Below are positions 25,305 to 38,397 of a stretch of DNA of 64,000 bases, in pieces. Source of the DNA: an uncultured delta proteobacterium (GTDB lineage Bacteria > Myxococcota_A > Polyangia > Haliangiales > Haliangiaceae); assembly GCA_963848295.1 (NCBI GenBank), contig CAWKDB010000001.1:32001-96000 (forward strand). The letters are read 5' to 3'. A model generated the notes under the pieces. That model ran no database searches. It saw nothing but the letters and a program-made list of their open reading frames with translations, and was not told the DNA's origin. Positions within the stretch are counted from its first letter, which is position 1. Every line of letters begins with the position of its first letter. A program made the translations under genes and the position numbers.

Positions 25305-26425
25305 TGACGACCGCGCCCGATCTCAGTGCGATGACGCTCGCGGATGCCGAAGCATTCGCGGTCGCGCAGGGATGGCCGAAGTTTCGCGGCGAGCAAGCCT
25401 GGCGCTGGGTCCACGAGCGCGGCGTGCGCTCGGTCGACGACATGACGAACCTGCCGCCGGCGATCCGTGGCGAGCTCGCGACTCGCGTGCGGATCGGCAC
25501 GCTCGCGATCGCCGAGATCCAGACGTCGCACGATGGCACGCGCAAGCTGCGGCTGACCACCGGCGATGGTCGCTCGATCGAGAGCGTGATCATTCCCGAT
25601 GCCGAGGGCGACAAGGCGACGCTGTGCATCTCGTCGCAGATCGGCTGCGCGGTCGACTGCCAGTTCTGCGCGACCGCGAAGCTCGGGCTCGTGCGCAACC
25701 TCGACGCCGGCGAGATCGTCGACCAGGTCTACCTCGCGCGCCGACTGCTCGCCGAGGTCGATCCCGACCGCCGGCTGTCGAACCTCGTGTACATGGGCAT
25801 GGGCGAGCCGCTACACAACTACGACAACGTGCTCAAGTCGATCCGGATCCTGACGAACCAGAAGGGCGCCAGGATCGCGCCGCGCCGGATCACGCTATCG
25901 ACCGCCGGGCTCGTGCCGAAGCTCGCGAAGCTCGGCGCCGAGGACGTCCGCCCGAACCTCGCGGTATCGCTCAACGCGCCGAACGACGCGATCCGCGATC
26001 AGATCATGCCGATCAATCGCAAGTGGAACATCGCGAAGCTGCTCGACACGCTGCGCGCCTATCCGCTCGAGCAACGCCGGCGGATCACGTTCGAATACGT
26101 GCTGCTCGCCGGGGTCAACGATTCGGTGCGCGATGCGGCTCAGCTGTCGAAGCTGTTGCGCGGCCTCAAGTGCAAGGTCAACGTGATCCCGTGGAACCCG
26201 CACCCCGAGGCGCCGTATCAGCGGCCGGCGCCGGCGGTGATCGATGCGTTCCAGGCCGAGTGCAAGCGGCTCGGCTTGCCGACGTATTTGCGCACGCCGC
26301 GCGGTGACGATATCGATGCCGCGTGCGGCCAGCTCGCGAATCGCAGCAACGGCCAGGCGCTCGTACCACTGCGCGTACGCAAGCGTGGCGCGGATGCGCT
26401 GCCACCGCCGCCCGACGTCGATTAA
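25304..26425 (+). CDS. rlmN: 23S rRNA A2503 / tRNA C2-methyltransferase RlmN
   Basis: CISSQIGCAVDCQFC radical SAM motif, MGMGEP, RGDDIDAACGQL. Confidence 0.97.
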   Translation: MTTAPDLSAMTLADAEAFAVAQGWPKFRGEQAWRWVHERGVRSVDDMTNLPPAIRGELATRVRIGTLAIAEIQTSHDGTRKLRLTTGDGRSIESVIIPDAEGDKATLCISSQIGCAVDCQFCATAKLGLVRNLDAGEIVDQVYLARRLLAEVDPDRRLSNLVYMGMGEPLHNYDNVLKSIRILTNQKGARIAPRRITLSTAGLVPKLAKLGAEDVRPNLAVSLNAPNDAIRDQIMPINRKWNIAKLLDTLRAYPLEQRRRITFEYVLLAGVNDSVRDAAQLSKLLRGLKCKVNVIPWNPHPEAPYQRPAPAVIDAFQAECKRLGLPTYLRTPRGDDIDAACGQLANRSNGQALVPLRVRKRGADALPPPPDVD

Positions 26426-26437
26426 GATCCCGAGCCG

Positions 26438-28009
<1,572 letters not shown>

Positions 28010-28085
28010 CGCCGAGGCTCGGTCGCGCACAACGCTTGCTGGCCGTCCGGGGAAGCGCTAGGGTCCGCGCCCTAAGGAGTCCCCT

Positions 28086-28517
28086 ATGGCCATCGAACGT
28101 ACGTTCTCGATCATCAAGCCCGACGCCGTCGCGAAGAACGTGATCGGTCCGATCATCGCCAAGCTCGAAGCCGCCGGCCTGCGCGTGATCGCGGCGAAGA
28201 CCGTCCGGCTCAGCGAGGCCCAGGCCAAGGCGTTCTACGCCGTGCACAAGGATCGCCCGTTCTACGGCGACCTCGTGAAGTTCATGACCGAGGGACCGGT
28301 CGTCGTCCAGGTGCTCGAAGGCGAGAACGCGGTCGCGAAGAACCGCGAAGTGATGGGTGCGACGAACCCGGAGAAGGCCGCGCCCGGCACGATCCGCAAG
28401 GAGTTCGCGACCAACATCGAGCGCAACGCGGTGCACGGCTCGGATGCGCCCGAGACCGCGCGCGAGGAGATCGCGTTCTTCTTCTCGACGGCCGATCTCG
28501 CGTCGCTACACCGCTAG
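28086..28517 (+). CDS. ndk: Nucleoside diphosphate kinase
   Basis: [33 protein letters not shown]. Confidence 0.98.
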   Translation: MAIERTFSIIKPDAVAKNVIGPIIAKLEAAGLRVIAAKTVRLSEAQAKAFYAVHKDRPFYGDLVKFMTEGPVVVQVLEGENAVAKNREVMGATNPEKAAPGTIRKEFATNIERNAVHGSDAPETAREEIAFFFSTADLASLHR

Positions 28518-29554
28518 GCAGCCCGCCGCCGCGGGAAAGCGAGCTTCGCGAGAGCGAGCGCGCCTTGCTTCCACGGCACGCGATGCGTGACGCCGGCTTT
28601 GCCCAGGCCATCGGCATGGGCGAGGTACCAGCGGTAGTTGCGGATCAGCGCGTCGCGATTCGAGAACTGCGGCTGCCAACCGAGCACGCGTTCGGCTTTG
28701 TCGATCGAGACGAACGAGTCCTCGGTGACGGTCTCGTAGATCCACGGGTACAGCGGCGACAGGTGCAGCCGCTCCAGTGCGCGCAGCGCGGCGATCGCCG
28801 GTGCGACCGGGATCGAGCGGATCTTGCGGCCGTGGCCGGCCTCGTCGAGCACCGCCTGGAAATCGCCGCGCAGCGTCGTGAACTCGGCGGCGCCGATGTT
28901 GAACACGTCGTTCGCCGCTGCGGCGGGCACGGTGGCAGCGAGCGCGATCGCAGCGCACAGGTCTTCGACATCGAGCAGCTGGTAGCGATTGTCGCCGCGG
29001 CCGAGGATCGGGAAGTCGCGACCTTCGCGCGCCCATTCGTACATCAGCGCGAACACGCCGAGCCGCTCGGGCCCGACGAACGACTTCGGCCGGACGATCG
29101 CGATCGTCTGACCGCGATCGCGCGCGCGCTCGCACACGCGTTCGGCCTCGACCTTCGCGATGCCGTACGGTCCGACGCCGCGCATGTCGTCGGCCTCGAC
29201 GAGCGGATGATGATCGGGCACGCCGTACACCGCGGTCGATGACACGTGGACGACGCGCGCCTCGCCCGCCGCTTCGAGCACGGTGCGCGTGCCGTCGATG
29301 TCGATCGAGTGAATCTCGGCGGGCGGGTAGAGCGGCAGCGCCGCCGCGGCGTGGACGACGACGTCGCAGCCCGCCGCCGCGCGCTCGACCGCAGCGCGAT
29401 CGCGAATGTCGCCGCGGTGCTCGGTGATCCTCGGCTGTTCCGGGTAGTCGAACGGCTCGCGATCGAGCGACACGACGTCGTCTCCGCGCGCGAGGAGATG
29501 GCGCACGAGGTTGATGCCGAGAAATCCCGCGCCGCCGGTGACGAGCCATCGCAT
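28514..29554 (-). CDS. NAD-dependent epimerase/dehydratase (extended SDR)
   Basis: [22 protein letters not shown]. Confidence 0.92.
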   Translation of the reverse strand: MRWLVTGGAGFLGINLVRHLLARGDDVVSLDREPFDYPEQPRITEHRGDIRDRAAVERAAAGCDVVVHAAAALPLYPPAEIHSIDIDGTRTVLEAAGEARVVHVSSTAVYGVPDHHPLVEADDMRGVGPYGIAKVEAERVCERARDRGQTIAIVRPKSFVGPERLGVFALMYEWAREGRDFPILGRGDNRYQLLDVEDLCAAIALAATVPAAAANDVFNIGAAEFTTLRGDFQAVLDEAGHGRKIRSIPVAPAIAALRALERLHLSPLYPWIYETVTEDSFVSIDKAERVLGWQPQFSNRDALIRNYRWYLAHADGLGKAGVTHRVPWKQGALALAKLAFPRRRAA

Positions 29555-29670
29555 GGCGGGCATCTTGCCACTCGGTCGATCGCGAAGCGACGAGCCTCGC
29601 CGTTGCTTATCAGCGGTGACGCCGCGACCCGACGCCATCTTCCGCGCCGCACTCGCGTTACATTCTGGCG

Positions 29671-30672
29671 ATGCCTGCTCCGCGCGAGACGCGCTACGGC
29701 CCATGGCTGGTCGCGCTCGGCGCGGCGCTGTGGGGCACGGAGAGCGCGTGGCGGATCCCGCTCGACCAGGTGTTCGACGCCGACGTCATGGTGCTGTGGG
29801 AGCACGTCATCCTGGTCGCGTGCGCGCTGCCGTTCATCGTGCCGCGGCTCGGCGAGCTGCGGCGTGCTCGATGGCAGACGCTCGCGTGGCTCGGCTTCTC
29901 GGGCGTCGCGGGCTCGGCGGTCGGTACGATCTTCTTCACGCTCGCGCTCAAGCGCGAGACCATCGTGTCGTTCGACAGCATCGCGTCGTTCCTCTCGGCG
30001 ATCGGCGCCGACTCGGCGGCCAGCGCGGTGCCGCGAGACCAGGTCGTCAATGCGACCGTGATCAACGTCGTGCTCAACATCCAGCCCGTGCTGTCGACCG
30101 CCGCGGCCTGGTTGTTCTTCCGCGACCGGCTCGCCCGCGGGTTCTATCCATGGGCGGCCCTCGCGGTCGGGTGCGGCGTCGTGCTCGCGATCGGCGATGG
30201 CGACGTCATCTACGGCGTGGACTACGCGTTGCTCACCGCGCTGCTCTGGGGGTTGTCGACGGTCGCGGGCCGCGGCGTGATGGTCGAGCTATCGCTCCCG
30301 CTCGCCGCGGGCATGCGCGTCGTGATCGGGCTCGTCGCGACATTCGCGATCGTCGCGATCCGAGGCGGGCTCTCGGCGGACGCGCTGTGGCCGGCCGCGG
30401 CTGCAGTGGCGCCGGCCAAGACCGTCACGTGGCTGCTGCTGCTCGCGATCCTGTCGGGCGGGCTTCCGCTCGTGATCTATTTCGCGGGCCTCGCGCGAAC
30501 TCGCGCGTCGACCGCGGGCTACTTCGAGATGTTGCAGACGCTCGCCGCCGCGGCGATCACGTGGACGTTCTTCGGCGACGCGCTCGCGCCGCATCAACTC
30601 GCGGCCGGGGTCCTGCTGATCGGCGCGGTCGCGATGGTGCAGCGCGCGCAATCGTCGACCGCGCGCGTGTGA
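29671..30672 (+). CDS. DMT/EamA-family transporter
   Basis: About 10 TM segments with two-fold internal repeat (ALWG / LLWG). Confidence 0.88.
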   Translation: MPAPRETRYGPWLVALGAALWGTESAWRIPLDQVFDADVMVLWEHVILVACALPFIVPRLGELRRARWQTLAWLGFSGVAGSAVGTIFFTLALKRETIVSFDSIASFLSAIGADSAASAVPRDQVVNATVINVVLNIQPVLSTAAAWLFFRDRLARGFYPWAALAVGCGVVLAIGDGDVIYGVDYALLTALLWGLSTVAGRGVMVELSLPLAAGMRVVIGLVATFAIVAIRGGLSADALWPAAAAVAPAKTVTWLLLLAILSGGLPLVIYFAGLARTRASTAGYFEMLQTLAAAAITWTFFGDALAPHQLAAGVLLIGAVAMVQRAQSSTARV

Positions 30673-30686
30673 CCACAGCTACGCCG

Positions 30687-32108
30687 TCAGTCGAGGTGCA
30701 ACGGACATGGCCACTCGACGCGGTCGACGAACGGCGCCGCGGCGAGGCGTGCGAGCTGATCGTGCGGCCCGGTGACGTTCATCACGCTCCCTGCGTGACC
30801 GGCGATCTCGTAGCCGGTCGCTTGCAGCCCCGGGCAGCCGGCGACGAACTGCCGCGCGGTCTCGATCGGGAGGGCGATCACGACCCAGGCCACGTTCTGT
30901 TTGGCGTCGCAGCCGCCCTGCTTCGCGCCGAGTTGCACGGGAGTCGCGAGGAGCTCGGCGCACGACGGCAGTGGCTGCGCTGCATTCGCCGCGATCACGG
31001 CGCGGCGCTCGCCGTTGGCGCGGAGATCGGCGAGCATGTGGGCCGGCAACGCGGGATCGGCGGCGAACGCGCCCATCAGGGGCGAGATGCCGTGGCCGCC
31101 GTAGCGCGCGGTCGGCCACTCGACGTCGATACCGGAGCGCGGTAAGCGCGCAAGTCCCCATTCATCGCCGACGAGGCTATCGCTCGTCATCTGACCGGCG
31201 AGCGCCTGCGAGTCGCGCTCGCTCGCGAGGTGCCCGAGCAGCTCGCCCGCAACGCCGGTCTCGTGGTCGTACAGCACGTATAGCTTGCCGATGGCGGTCG
31301 GCGGCCGGCTGGCGAGCTCGGGCGCGAACCGCGCGAGGACCTCGGCGCCGATCGCGATCCGCTGTTCGTCGTCGGCGAGCGTCGCCCACAGCTCGCGAGA
31401 GCGCACCGGCACGTCGCCGCGCAGCCGCGTGCGATTCGCGCGCGCCGCTTGCGCGATCGGGTCGTCGTGCACGATGGGAGTGCGCAGCGTGGGCATCGCC
31501 GAGTGGCGCACGAGATCGAGGCCGAACAGGTGGAGTAACGCGAGCCCCACGCGCGGATCATCGCCGCGCGCGCCGCGCAGGTCGATCAGCAGCAAGTCGT
31601 GCGCGGCCAGCGCGCGTAGCGCATCGCCGAACCCGGTCCAACGGGGGTCATCCGGAGGCGCGAGCTCGTGCAGCGCGATCACGCCGACCGCCGCCGGGCC
31701 CGTGCCATCGATCCGGAATTCGAACAGCGGGCCGGTGCGCGGTGGCGCTGCGGTCGGCGGTGGAATCGTCCGGCTGTCGCGGTTGCAGCGCTTGCCGTCG
31801 AGGCTGAACGTCAGCGTGCGCTCGAAGTCGATGTCGCCGAGCAGCACGCACAGCTCGTGCGCGGTGTGCGCGCGGGTCGCGGCAGCGCGCAGCCGTGCAC
31901 GCAGGTCTGGCGTCACTTCGATCCACGTCGTCGCGAGCAGATCGTCGAGGAACATCGCGTCGGCCCCGCGCTCGTCTGCCGACAGCCCGCGGTTGTGCCC
32001 GGCCGCCCCGAGCGTCGCGACCTCTGCGGCGGTGAGCTCGTGAGCTCGCTCGAATCGCGGGGCACCGCCGCAGGCGGCGAGGGCGAGGACAGCGGCTCGC
32101 TTGTGCAT
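30687..32108 (-). CDS. S41-peptidase-like lipoprotein, probably catalytically inactive
   Basis: Lipobox LAAC; LLIDLRGARG, LYVLYDHETGVAGE (Ser replaced by Val), LPRSGI. Confidence 0.65.
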   Translation of the reverse strand: MHKRAAVLALAACGGAPRFERAHELTAAEVATLGAAGHNRGLSADERGADAMFLDDLLATTWIEVTPDLRARLRAAATRAHTAHELCVLLGDIDFERTLTFSLDGKRCNRDSRTIPPPTAAPPRTGPLFEFRIDGTGPAAVGVIALHELAPPDDPRWTGFGDALRALAAHDLLLIDLRGARGDDPRVGLALLHLFGLDLVRHSAMPTLRTPIVHDDPIAQAARANRTRLRGDVPVRSRELWATLADDEQRIAIGAEVLARFAPELASRPPTAIGKLYVLYDHETGVAGELLGHLASERDSQALAGQMTSDSLVGDEWGLARLPRSGIDVEWPTARYGGHGISPLMGAFAADPALPAHMLADLRANGERRAVIAANAAQPLPSCAELLATPVQLGAKQGGCDAKQNVAWVVIALPIETARQFVAGCPGLQATGYEIAGHAGSVMNVTGPHDQLARLAAAPFVDRVEWPCPLHLD

Positions 32109-32316
32109 CGCTCTATTAACGCCCCCGCGCGGCCCTTGGTTTGACGTGACGCGAACTATTCGCGGCTCGACCTGTGCCGCGCGGCGGTCGAGGCACGTCG
32201 CCTCGCGGTGTCAACGTGCGGCTACACGACGAGCGACACGCGTGCGCGACGACGAGCGTCCGCGTGGCCTGCGCCTTGCGAGAGCAAGGCACGCCGTCCG
32301 AGTCGAGGTCCTGATC

Positions 32317-33108
32317 ATGTCGTTGTTACATTCGCCTTCGTTGTCCGTGCTCTGCGTCGTCGCCGCCTGCGGTTCGGGTTCGCCGGCACAAGGCGATCTC
32401 GATGCGCTGCATCCTGTCGACGCCGGATCTCCCGTCGGGTCGGGGACCATATCGTTCCTTGACGATCCGACCGGCGCACCGGTCAACGATATCGGCGGCG
32501 CGTTCTACGCGCGTGCACCTCACTGTGTTCAAGAGGCGGTCAGCGGCTGTACGTACACGACGTGCGATCCCGCGCCGTCGCCGGTCTCGGCGGGCACGCT
32601 GACCATGCACTGGCCGAGCGCGAACGGCGATCAACATCTCGACCCGGGGCCCGACGGAACGTACTCCTTCGAGCTCACCGGCCTCGAGCTATGGCAGGCC
32701 GGCGACGAGCTCACCGTGAGCGCAGCGGGAAGCACGGTGCCGGCGTTCGACGCCCAGCTCGCGTTCCCGAGCCACTTCGACGTGATCACCGACGAGCTGC
32801 CGGAGGCGCTCGTACGCGGCAGCGATCTCACCATCGGCGCGGGTGAGCCGGGCACACGTCTCGATCCGAGCGTCGTCAACTTCTTTCAGGGCTCGAGCTC
32901 GCTGGCGTGTGCGTTCCCCGCGCCGACCACGCCGGCGACCCTGGGCTATGTCGTGCCGGGCGCGGCGCTCGCCGCCCTGTCGAGCTCGAGCCAGGTGACG
33001 ATGACCTGGTTCTCGACGACCGCGGCCACGGTCGTCGCTGGCGACTACGCCATCTCGGTCGTCGCGATGCACGCGGGCATGAGCCCGCTCGCGCTCGACG
33101 TCGACTGA
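32317..33108 (+). CDS. Hypothetical beta-rich lipoprotein
   Basis: Lipobox VAAC; SAGTLT...[20 protein letters not shown] pattern. Confidence 0.6.
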   Translation: MSLLHSPSLSVLCVVAACGSGSPAQGDLDALHPVDAGSPVGSGTISFLDDPTGAPVNDIGGAFYARAPHCVQEAVSGCTYTTCDPAPSPVSAGTLTMHWPSANGDQHLDPGPDGTYSFELTGLELWQAGDELTVSAAGSTVPAFDAQLAFPSHFDVITDELPEALVRGSDLTIGAGEPGTRLDPSVVNFFQGSSSLACAFPAPTTPATLGYVVPGAALAALSSSSQVTMTWFSTTAATVVAGDYAISVVAMHAGMSPLALDVD

Positions 33109-33112
33109 CGGA

Positions 33113-33320
33113 TCAGGCGGACAGCACCTTCGCGAGCGTCGTGCCCATCTCAGCCGGCGTCGCGGCGACCGCGATACCCGCGGCCTTGAGCGCGGCGATC
33201 TTGTCGGCCGCGGCGCCCTTGCCACCCGAGATGATCGCGCCGGCGTGACCCATGCGCTTGCCCGGCGGCGCGGTCTGGCCGCCGATGAACGCGGCGACCG
33301 GCTTCTTGACGTTGTCGTGG
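33113..33320 (-). pseudogene. sucD: Orphan duplicate of the sucD 3' end
   Basis: Encodes [27 protein letters not shown]...TLAKVLSA*; 33130-33320 aligns gap-free to 35026-35216 with 14 differences. Confidence 0.93.
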
Positions 33321-33367
33321 CGGTCGCGATGGTGCAGCGCGCGCAGTCGCAAACCGAGCACGTCTAG

Positions 33368-34831
33368 TCAGTTGAGGTGGTACGGCGGCTCGAGACACCC
33401 GATCGCGTCGACGAACGTCGCGGCGGCGAGGCGCTCGAGCGTGTCGGGCGGAGCGCGCACCTCGATCGCGCTGCCGCGGCTGAAGTCCGTGCCGCCTGGT
33501 TGCGCGGTGATCGTGAGGCCGGGACAGCTGCGCAAGAACGCCATCGCCTCGGCAGCGGGAAGCGCGAGCTCGATGGTGTGATCGTCGAGCTCGCTCGCGC
33601 TCTTGTCGCAGCGTTCGAGCTTGTGGCGGAGCGCCGTCGGATCGACCGGCAGGGCCGCACATGACGGCCGCGGGCTCGCGGCGTTCGCGGCCACGAGCGC
33701 GCGTCGCGCGGCGAGCCCGTGCATCGATGGGAGTTGCCCCGCAGGAGTCGCGTCCGCGGCCCGATGTTCGTGCCGCAGGTCGTTGATGTAGAACGGCGGG
33801 CCGTAGCGTACCGTCGGCACCGCGAGCTCGATCCCCGAGCGAGGGAGGCGGATCGCGGCCCACTCGTCGACCACCCACTGGTTCGTCGCCGGCTCCGCGC
33901 CGATCACGGTGTTGACGTCCACCAGGTGGGCGACGAGCTCGCCGGCGATCCCGGTCTCTGCATCGAATAGCACCCGGACGTCGGGGTGCGGTCGCGCGGC
34001 CGGGACCAAGCCGGGCGCGAGCTGGCTCACTAGCGCGCGGGCGAGCGCGTGGAGCGAGGCCTCGGTCGACACCGACGCCCACAGCTCGCGCGGGCGAGCG
34101 CTGACCTCCGGATGCTTCGCGGTGAACGCGGCGCGCGCGGCGGTCGCGATCGCATCGTCGTGAAACACGGGGGGAGCGACGCCGAACTGCGGATAGATCG
34201 GTACGCCGAGCACGTCGAGGATCGCCACGCCCATGCGCGGATCGTCCCCGCGTGCGCCGCGTAGATCGATCACGACCGACGCGGTCGAGGCCAGGGCGCG
34301 CAGCACGTCGCCGAATCCCGACCAACGCGGATCGTCAGGCGCGACGAAGCTCGCGATCGAAAGCACGCCGACGGCGGTGGCTCGGTCGTCGAGCGCCGAA
34401 CTACCCGATGGCAGCGCGGCTACATCGAGGCGCCAGGTGTACGCCGGCCCCGGGGCGGGTGCCAGGCGAGCGCTCGGTCGCGGCGAGGTGCCGGCAGTGC
34501 GATCGCACGGCGGCGTCGCGACCACCGGGCTGTAGTCGACGACGAGCGCAGTGCAGAACGCGGCCACTTCGGCGTTCTCCGACGCGAGCGCGGCGCGACG
34601 CCAGGCCATCCGATTCGATCGTGCCAGCGGCCCGACCAGGTGCCCGAGCACATCCTCGAGGTACGCGACGTCGGCGATCCTATCCGCTGCGGAGAGCGTG
34701 CGGTCGACCGGCGGCGCACCGAGAGCGACGAGGCGTGCCACGGTCACCGGGGGCGCATCGAACCGAGCGTCGTCGAGGAGCGATGCCCCGCATCCGACGA
34801 GCGCGATGACTCCGAGCCAATCGAGTCGCAT
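33368..34831 (-). CDS. S41-peptidase-like lipoprotein, probably inactive; paralogue of 30687-32108
   Basis: Lipobox LVGC; VVIDLRGARGDDPR, VLFDAETGIAGE (Ser replaced by Ile), LPRSGI; same Cys-containing C-terminal domain. Confidence 0.65.
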   Translation of the reverse strand: MRLDWLGVIALVGCGASLLDDARFDAPPVTVARLVALGAPPVDRTLSAADRIADVAYLEDVLGHLVGPLARSNRMAWRRAALASENAEVAAFCTALVVDYSPVVATPPCDRTAGTSPRPSARLAPAPGPAYTWRLDVAALPSGSSALDDRATAVGVLSIASFVAPDDPRWSGFGDVLRALASTASVVIDLRGARGDDPRMGVAILDVLGVPIYPQFGVAPPVFHDDAIATAARAAFTAKHPEVSARPRELWASVSTEASLHALARALVSQLAPGLVPAARPHPDVRVLFDAETGIAGELVAHLVDVNTVIGAEPATNQWVVDEWAAIRLPRSGIELAVPTVRYGPPFYINDLRHEHRAADATPAGQLPSMHGLAARRALVAANAASPRPSCAALPVDPTALRHKLERCDKSASELDDHTIELALPAAEAMAFLRSCPGLTITAQPGGTDFSRGSAIEVRAPPDTLERLAAATFVDAIGCLEPPYHLN

Positions 34832-35011
34832 GCCGCGTTGTAACGGGTGAGCCGCGACCCTGCGTCGCGATGGCTCGAAGTATTCGGCGGAGCTCAGAGC
34901 GGATGCGACGTCACGCTCCCGGTCGCGCTGGCCGGCAGGTGCTGCGGCAAGGAAATATCTGGCGCTCCGCTGCATCCGACGGCGGCGAGTGCGAGCACCG
35001 CACGCACGGCC

Positions 35012-35892
35012 TCACGCCAGAACGGTCGCGAGCGTCGTGCCCATCTCGGCCGGCGTCGCGGCGACCGCGATACCCGCGGCCTTGAGCGCAGCGATCTTGT
35101 CGGCGGCGGCGCCCTTACCGCCGGAGATGATCGCGCCGGCGTGGCCCATGCGCTTGCCGGGCGGTGCGGTCAGGCCACCGATGAACGCGGCACACGGCTT
35201 CTTGACGTTGTCGTGGATGAACTGCGCGGCGCGCTCTTCGGAGTCGCCGCCGATCTCGCCGATCATGAAGATCGACGACGTCCCGGGATCCTCGGCGAAC
35301 CAACTGATCGCGTCGATGAAGTCGGTGCCCTTGACCGGATCGCCGCCGATGCCGATCGCGGTCGATTGCCCGAGGCCGAGCGCGGTGAGCTGATGCACGA
35401 CCTCGTAGGTCAGCGTGCCGGAGCGCGACACGACGCCGACGCCGCCCGGCTTGTGGATGTAGCCCGGCATGATGCCGACCTTGCATTGGCCCGGCGTGAT
35501 CACGCCTGGACAGTTCGGGCCGATCAACACGACATCTTTGTAATCGCGCTCGAGCACGTACTTGACCTTGACCATGTCGTTCGCCGGGATGCCCTCGGTG
35601 ATCGCGATGACCAAGCGAATGCCCGCGGCGGCAGCTTCGAGGATCGAATCCGCGGCGAACGGCGGCGGCACGTAGATGACGCTCGTGTTCGCGCCAGCGA
35701 GCCGCACCGCTTCGTCGACCGTGTCGTACATCGGGACTTGCTCGAGCCCGGCGACCTTGCTGCCGCCCTTGCCGGGCGTGACGCCGGCGACGACGCGCGT
35801 GCCGTACTCGACCATCTGCTTCGCGTGAAACGCGCCGGCCGAGCCGGACATGCCCTGGACGACGAGCTTGGTGTCATTGCCAACGAGGACGC

Positions 35893-35896
<4 letters not shown>
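35012..35896 (-). CDS. sucD: Succinyl-CoA synthetase alpha subunit
   Basis: [35 protein letters not shown]. Confidence 0.98.
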
Positions 35897-37075
<1,179 letters not shown>

Positions 37076-37155
37076 GTCGCGGGTGTATCACGGCGAGGCG
37101 CGACGGGCAGCTCACGGGCCGGTGAAGCGATCCTGGTCGCCGTGGTCGTCGTAGC

Positions 37156-38397
37156 TCATTCGGCTTCGCGCCGGCGCGGCCACCACCAATAGGCGGACAG
37201 CGCGAACACCAGCGGCAGCGACATCATCGCGATCGTCATCGGGAGCCAATCGCGCAACAGCCCGAGCGCGGGCGGCGACCACAGATCGCCGAACAAATGG
37301 ATCGCGAAGATCATCCCGGCCATCGCGCTCGCGCGGAGGTGAGGTGGGACCGAGCGCAGCCCGATCGCGTTGACCGGCGAGGTCGAGACGAACAGGCCGA
37401 GCTGCACGAGGAACGTGATCCCGAAGAACAGCGCCGGGTTTGGCATGAAGAACACGAGCACACCGAGCGGCGTCGCGATGATCATGCCGAGCGCACAGAT
37501 CCGGAGCAGCGCGTTGATCGCGGTGCGATTCTCGCGCGAGTCGTAGGCGGCGTCGTCGGCGACCGGCGGGAGCTTGCGCACCGCGCGATCTGCCCATTGT
37601 CCGCCGACGAGGGTCGCGATCGTGCCGCTGATCACCGTGACCAGACCGAACCAGAACCCGGCGCTCTTCGTGGTCAGGTCGTGCGGGAACCGCGATACCA
37701 AGAACTCGGGACCCCAGTACGCGAACGCGCCGAGCGCGGCGGTGTACGCGCAGCAGCCGACGACCGCGCGCCGGTACAACGGGATCTTCGACAGCGTCGA
37801 CAGGTTCTCCAGCACCTTCGCCTTGGCGTCGGCGAGCTGACGCGGCGGCTCGACGATCAGCAGACAGCTCAACGCCAGGACGATGCCGGGACCGCCCGCG
37901 ATGAAGAACGCCGCGTGCCAGCCCCACGCGTCGTCGACCGCTCCGCCCATCATGAAGCCCATCGCGGAGCCGAGCGGGATCGCGAGGTAGAAGATCGCGA
38001 GCGCGCGGTTCTTCTGATCCGGTGGCGTCAGGTCGTCGATGATCGTCGGCGCGAGGGTCGCGTAGCTCGCCTCGCCAACGCCGACGACCATGCGCGCGAG
38101 CAAGAACGTCCACAGGCTCGTCGACAACCCGGTCGCCGCGGTCGCGAGGCTCCACACGAGCACGCCGAACGCGATCAGGCCCTTGCGCGAACCTTTGTCG
38201 GCGCGCGCGCCGAACAGCGGCGCGGTCAGGAAGTAGCCGACCATGAACGCGCTGCCGCCGAGCCCGGCCATGGCGTGCGACAAGCTTAGGTCGCCTTCGA
38301 TCGACTTGAGCACCGACGCCAGCATGTAGCGATCGATGTAGTTGAGGAAGTTGAGGCCGGTGAGCAGCGCCAGGATCGCGCCGCGCCGTCTGATCAT
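37156..38397 (-). CDS. MFS transporter, Spinster-like
   Basis: NFLNYIDRY, GARADKGSRK, RMVVGVGEASY, APTIIDD; about 12 TM segments. Confidence 0.9.
   Translation of the reverse strand: MIRRRGAILALLTGLNFLNYIDRYMLASVLKSIEGDLSLSHAMAGLGGSAFMVGYFLTAPLFGARADKGSRKGLIAFGVLVWSLATAATGLSTSLWTFLLARMVVGVGEASYATLAPTIIDDLTPPDQKNRALAIFYLAIPLGSAMGFMMGGAVDDAWGWHAAFFIAGGPGIVLALSCLLIVEPPRQLADAKAKVLENLSTLSKIPLYRRAVVGCCAYTAALGAFAYWGPEFLVSRFPHDLTTKSAGFWFGLVTVISGTIATLVGGQWADRAVRKLPPVADDAAYDSRENRTAINALLRICALGMIIATPLGVLVFFMPNPALFFGITFLVQLGLFVSTSPVNAIGLRSVPPHLRASAMAGMIFAIHLFGDLWSPPALGLLRDWLPMTIAMMSLPLVFALSAYWWWPRRREAE

Noticed and set aside
32273..32290. GCCTTGC-GAGA-GCAAGGC GNRA hairpin
   Set aside because: 7-bp stem with no U-tract in a divergent intergenic region; not enough for a terminator or ncRNA call
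33113..33361. The 82-aa ORF as a genuine small protein
   Set aside because: The first ~14 codons are unrelated junction sequence with no clear RBS; better explained as a displaced sucD fragment
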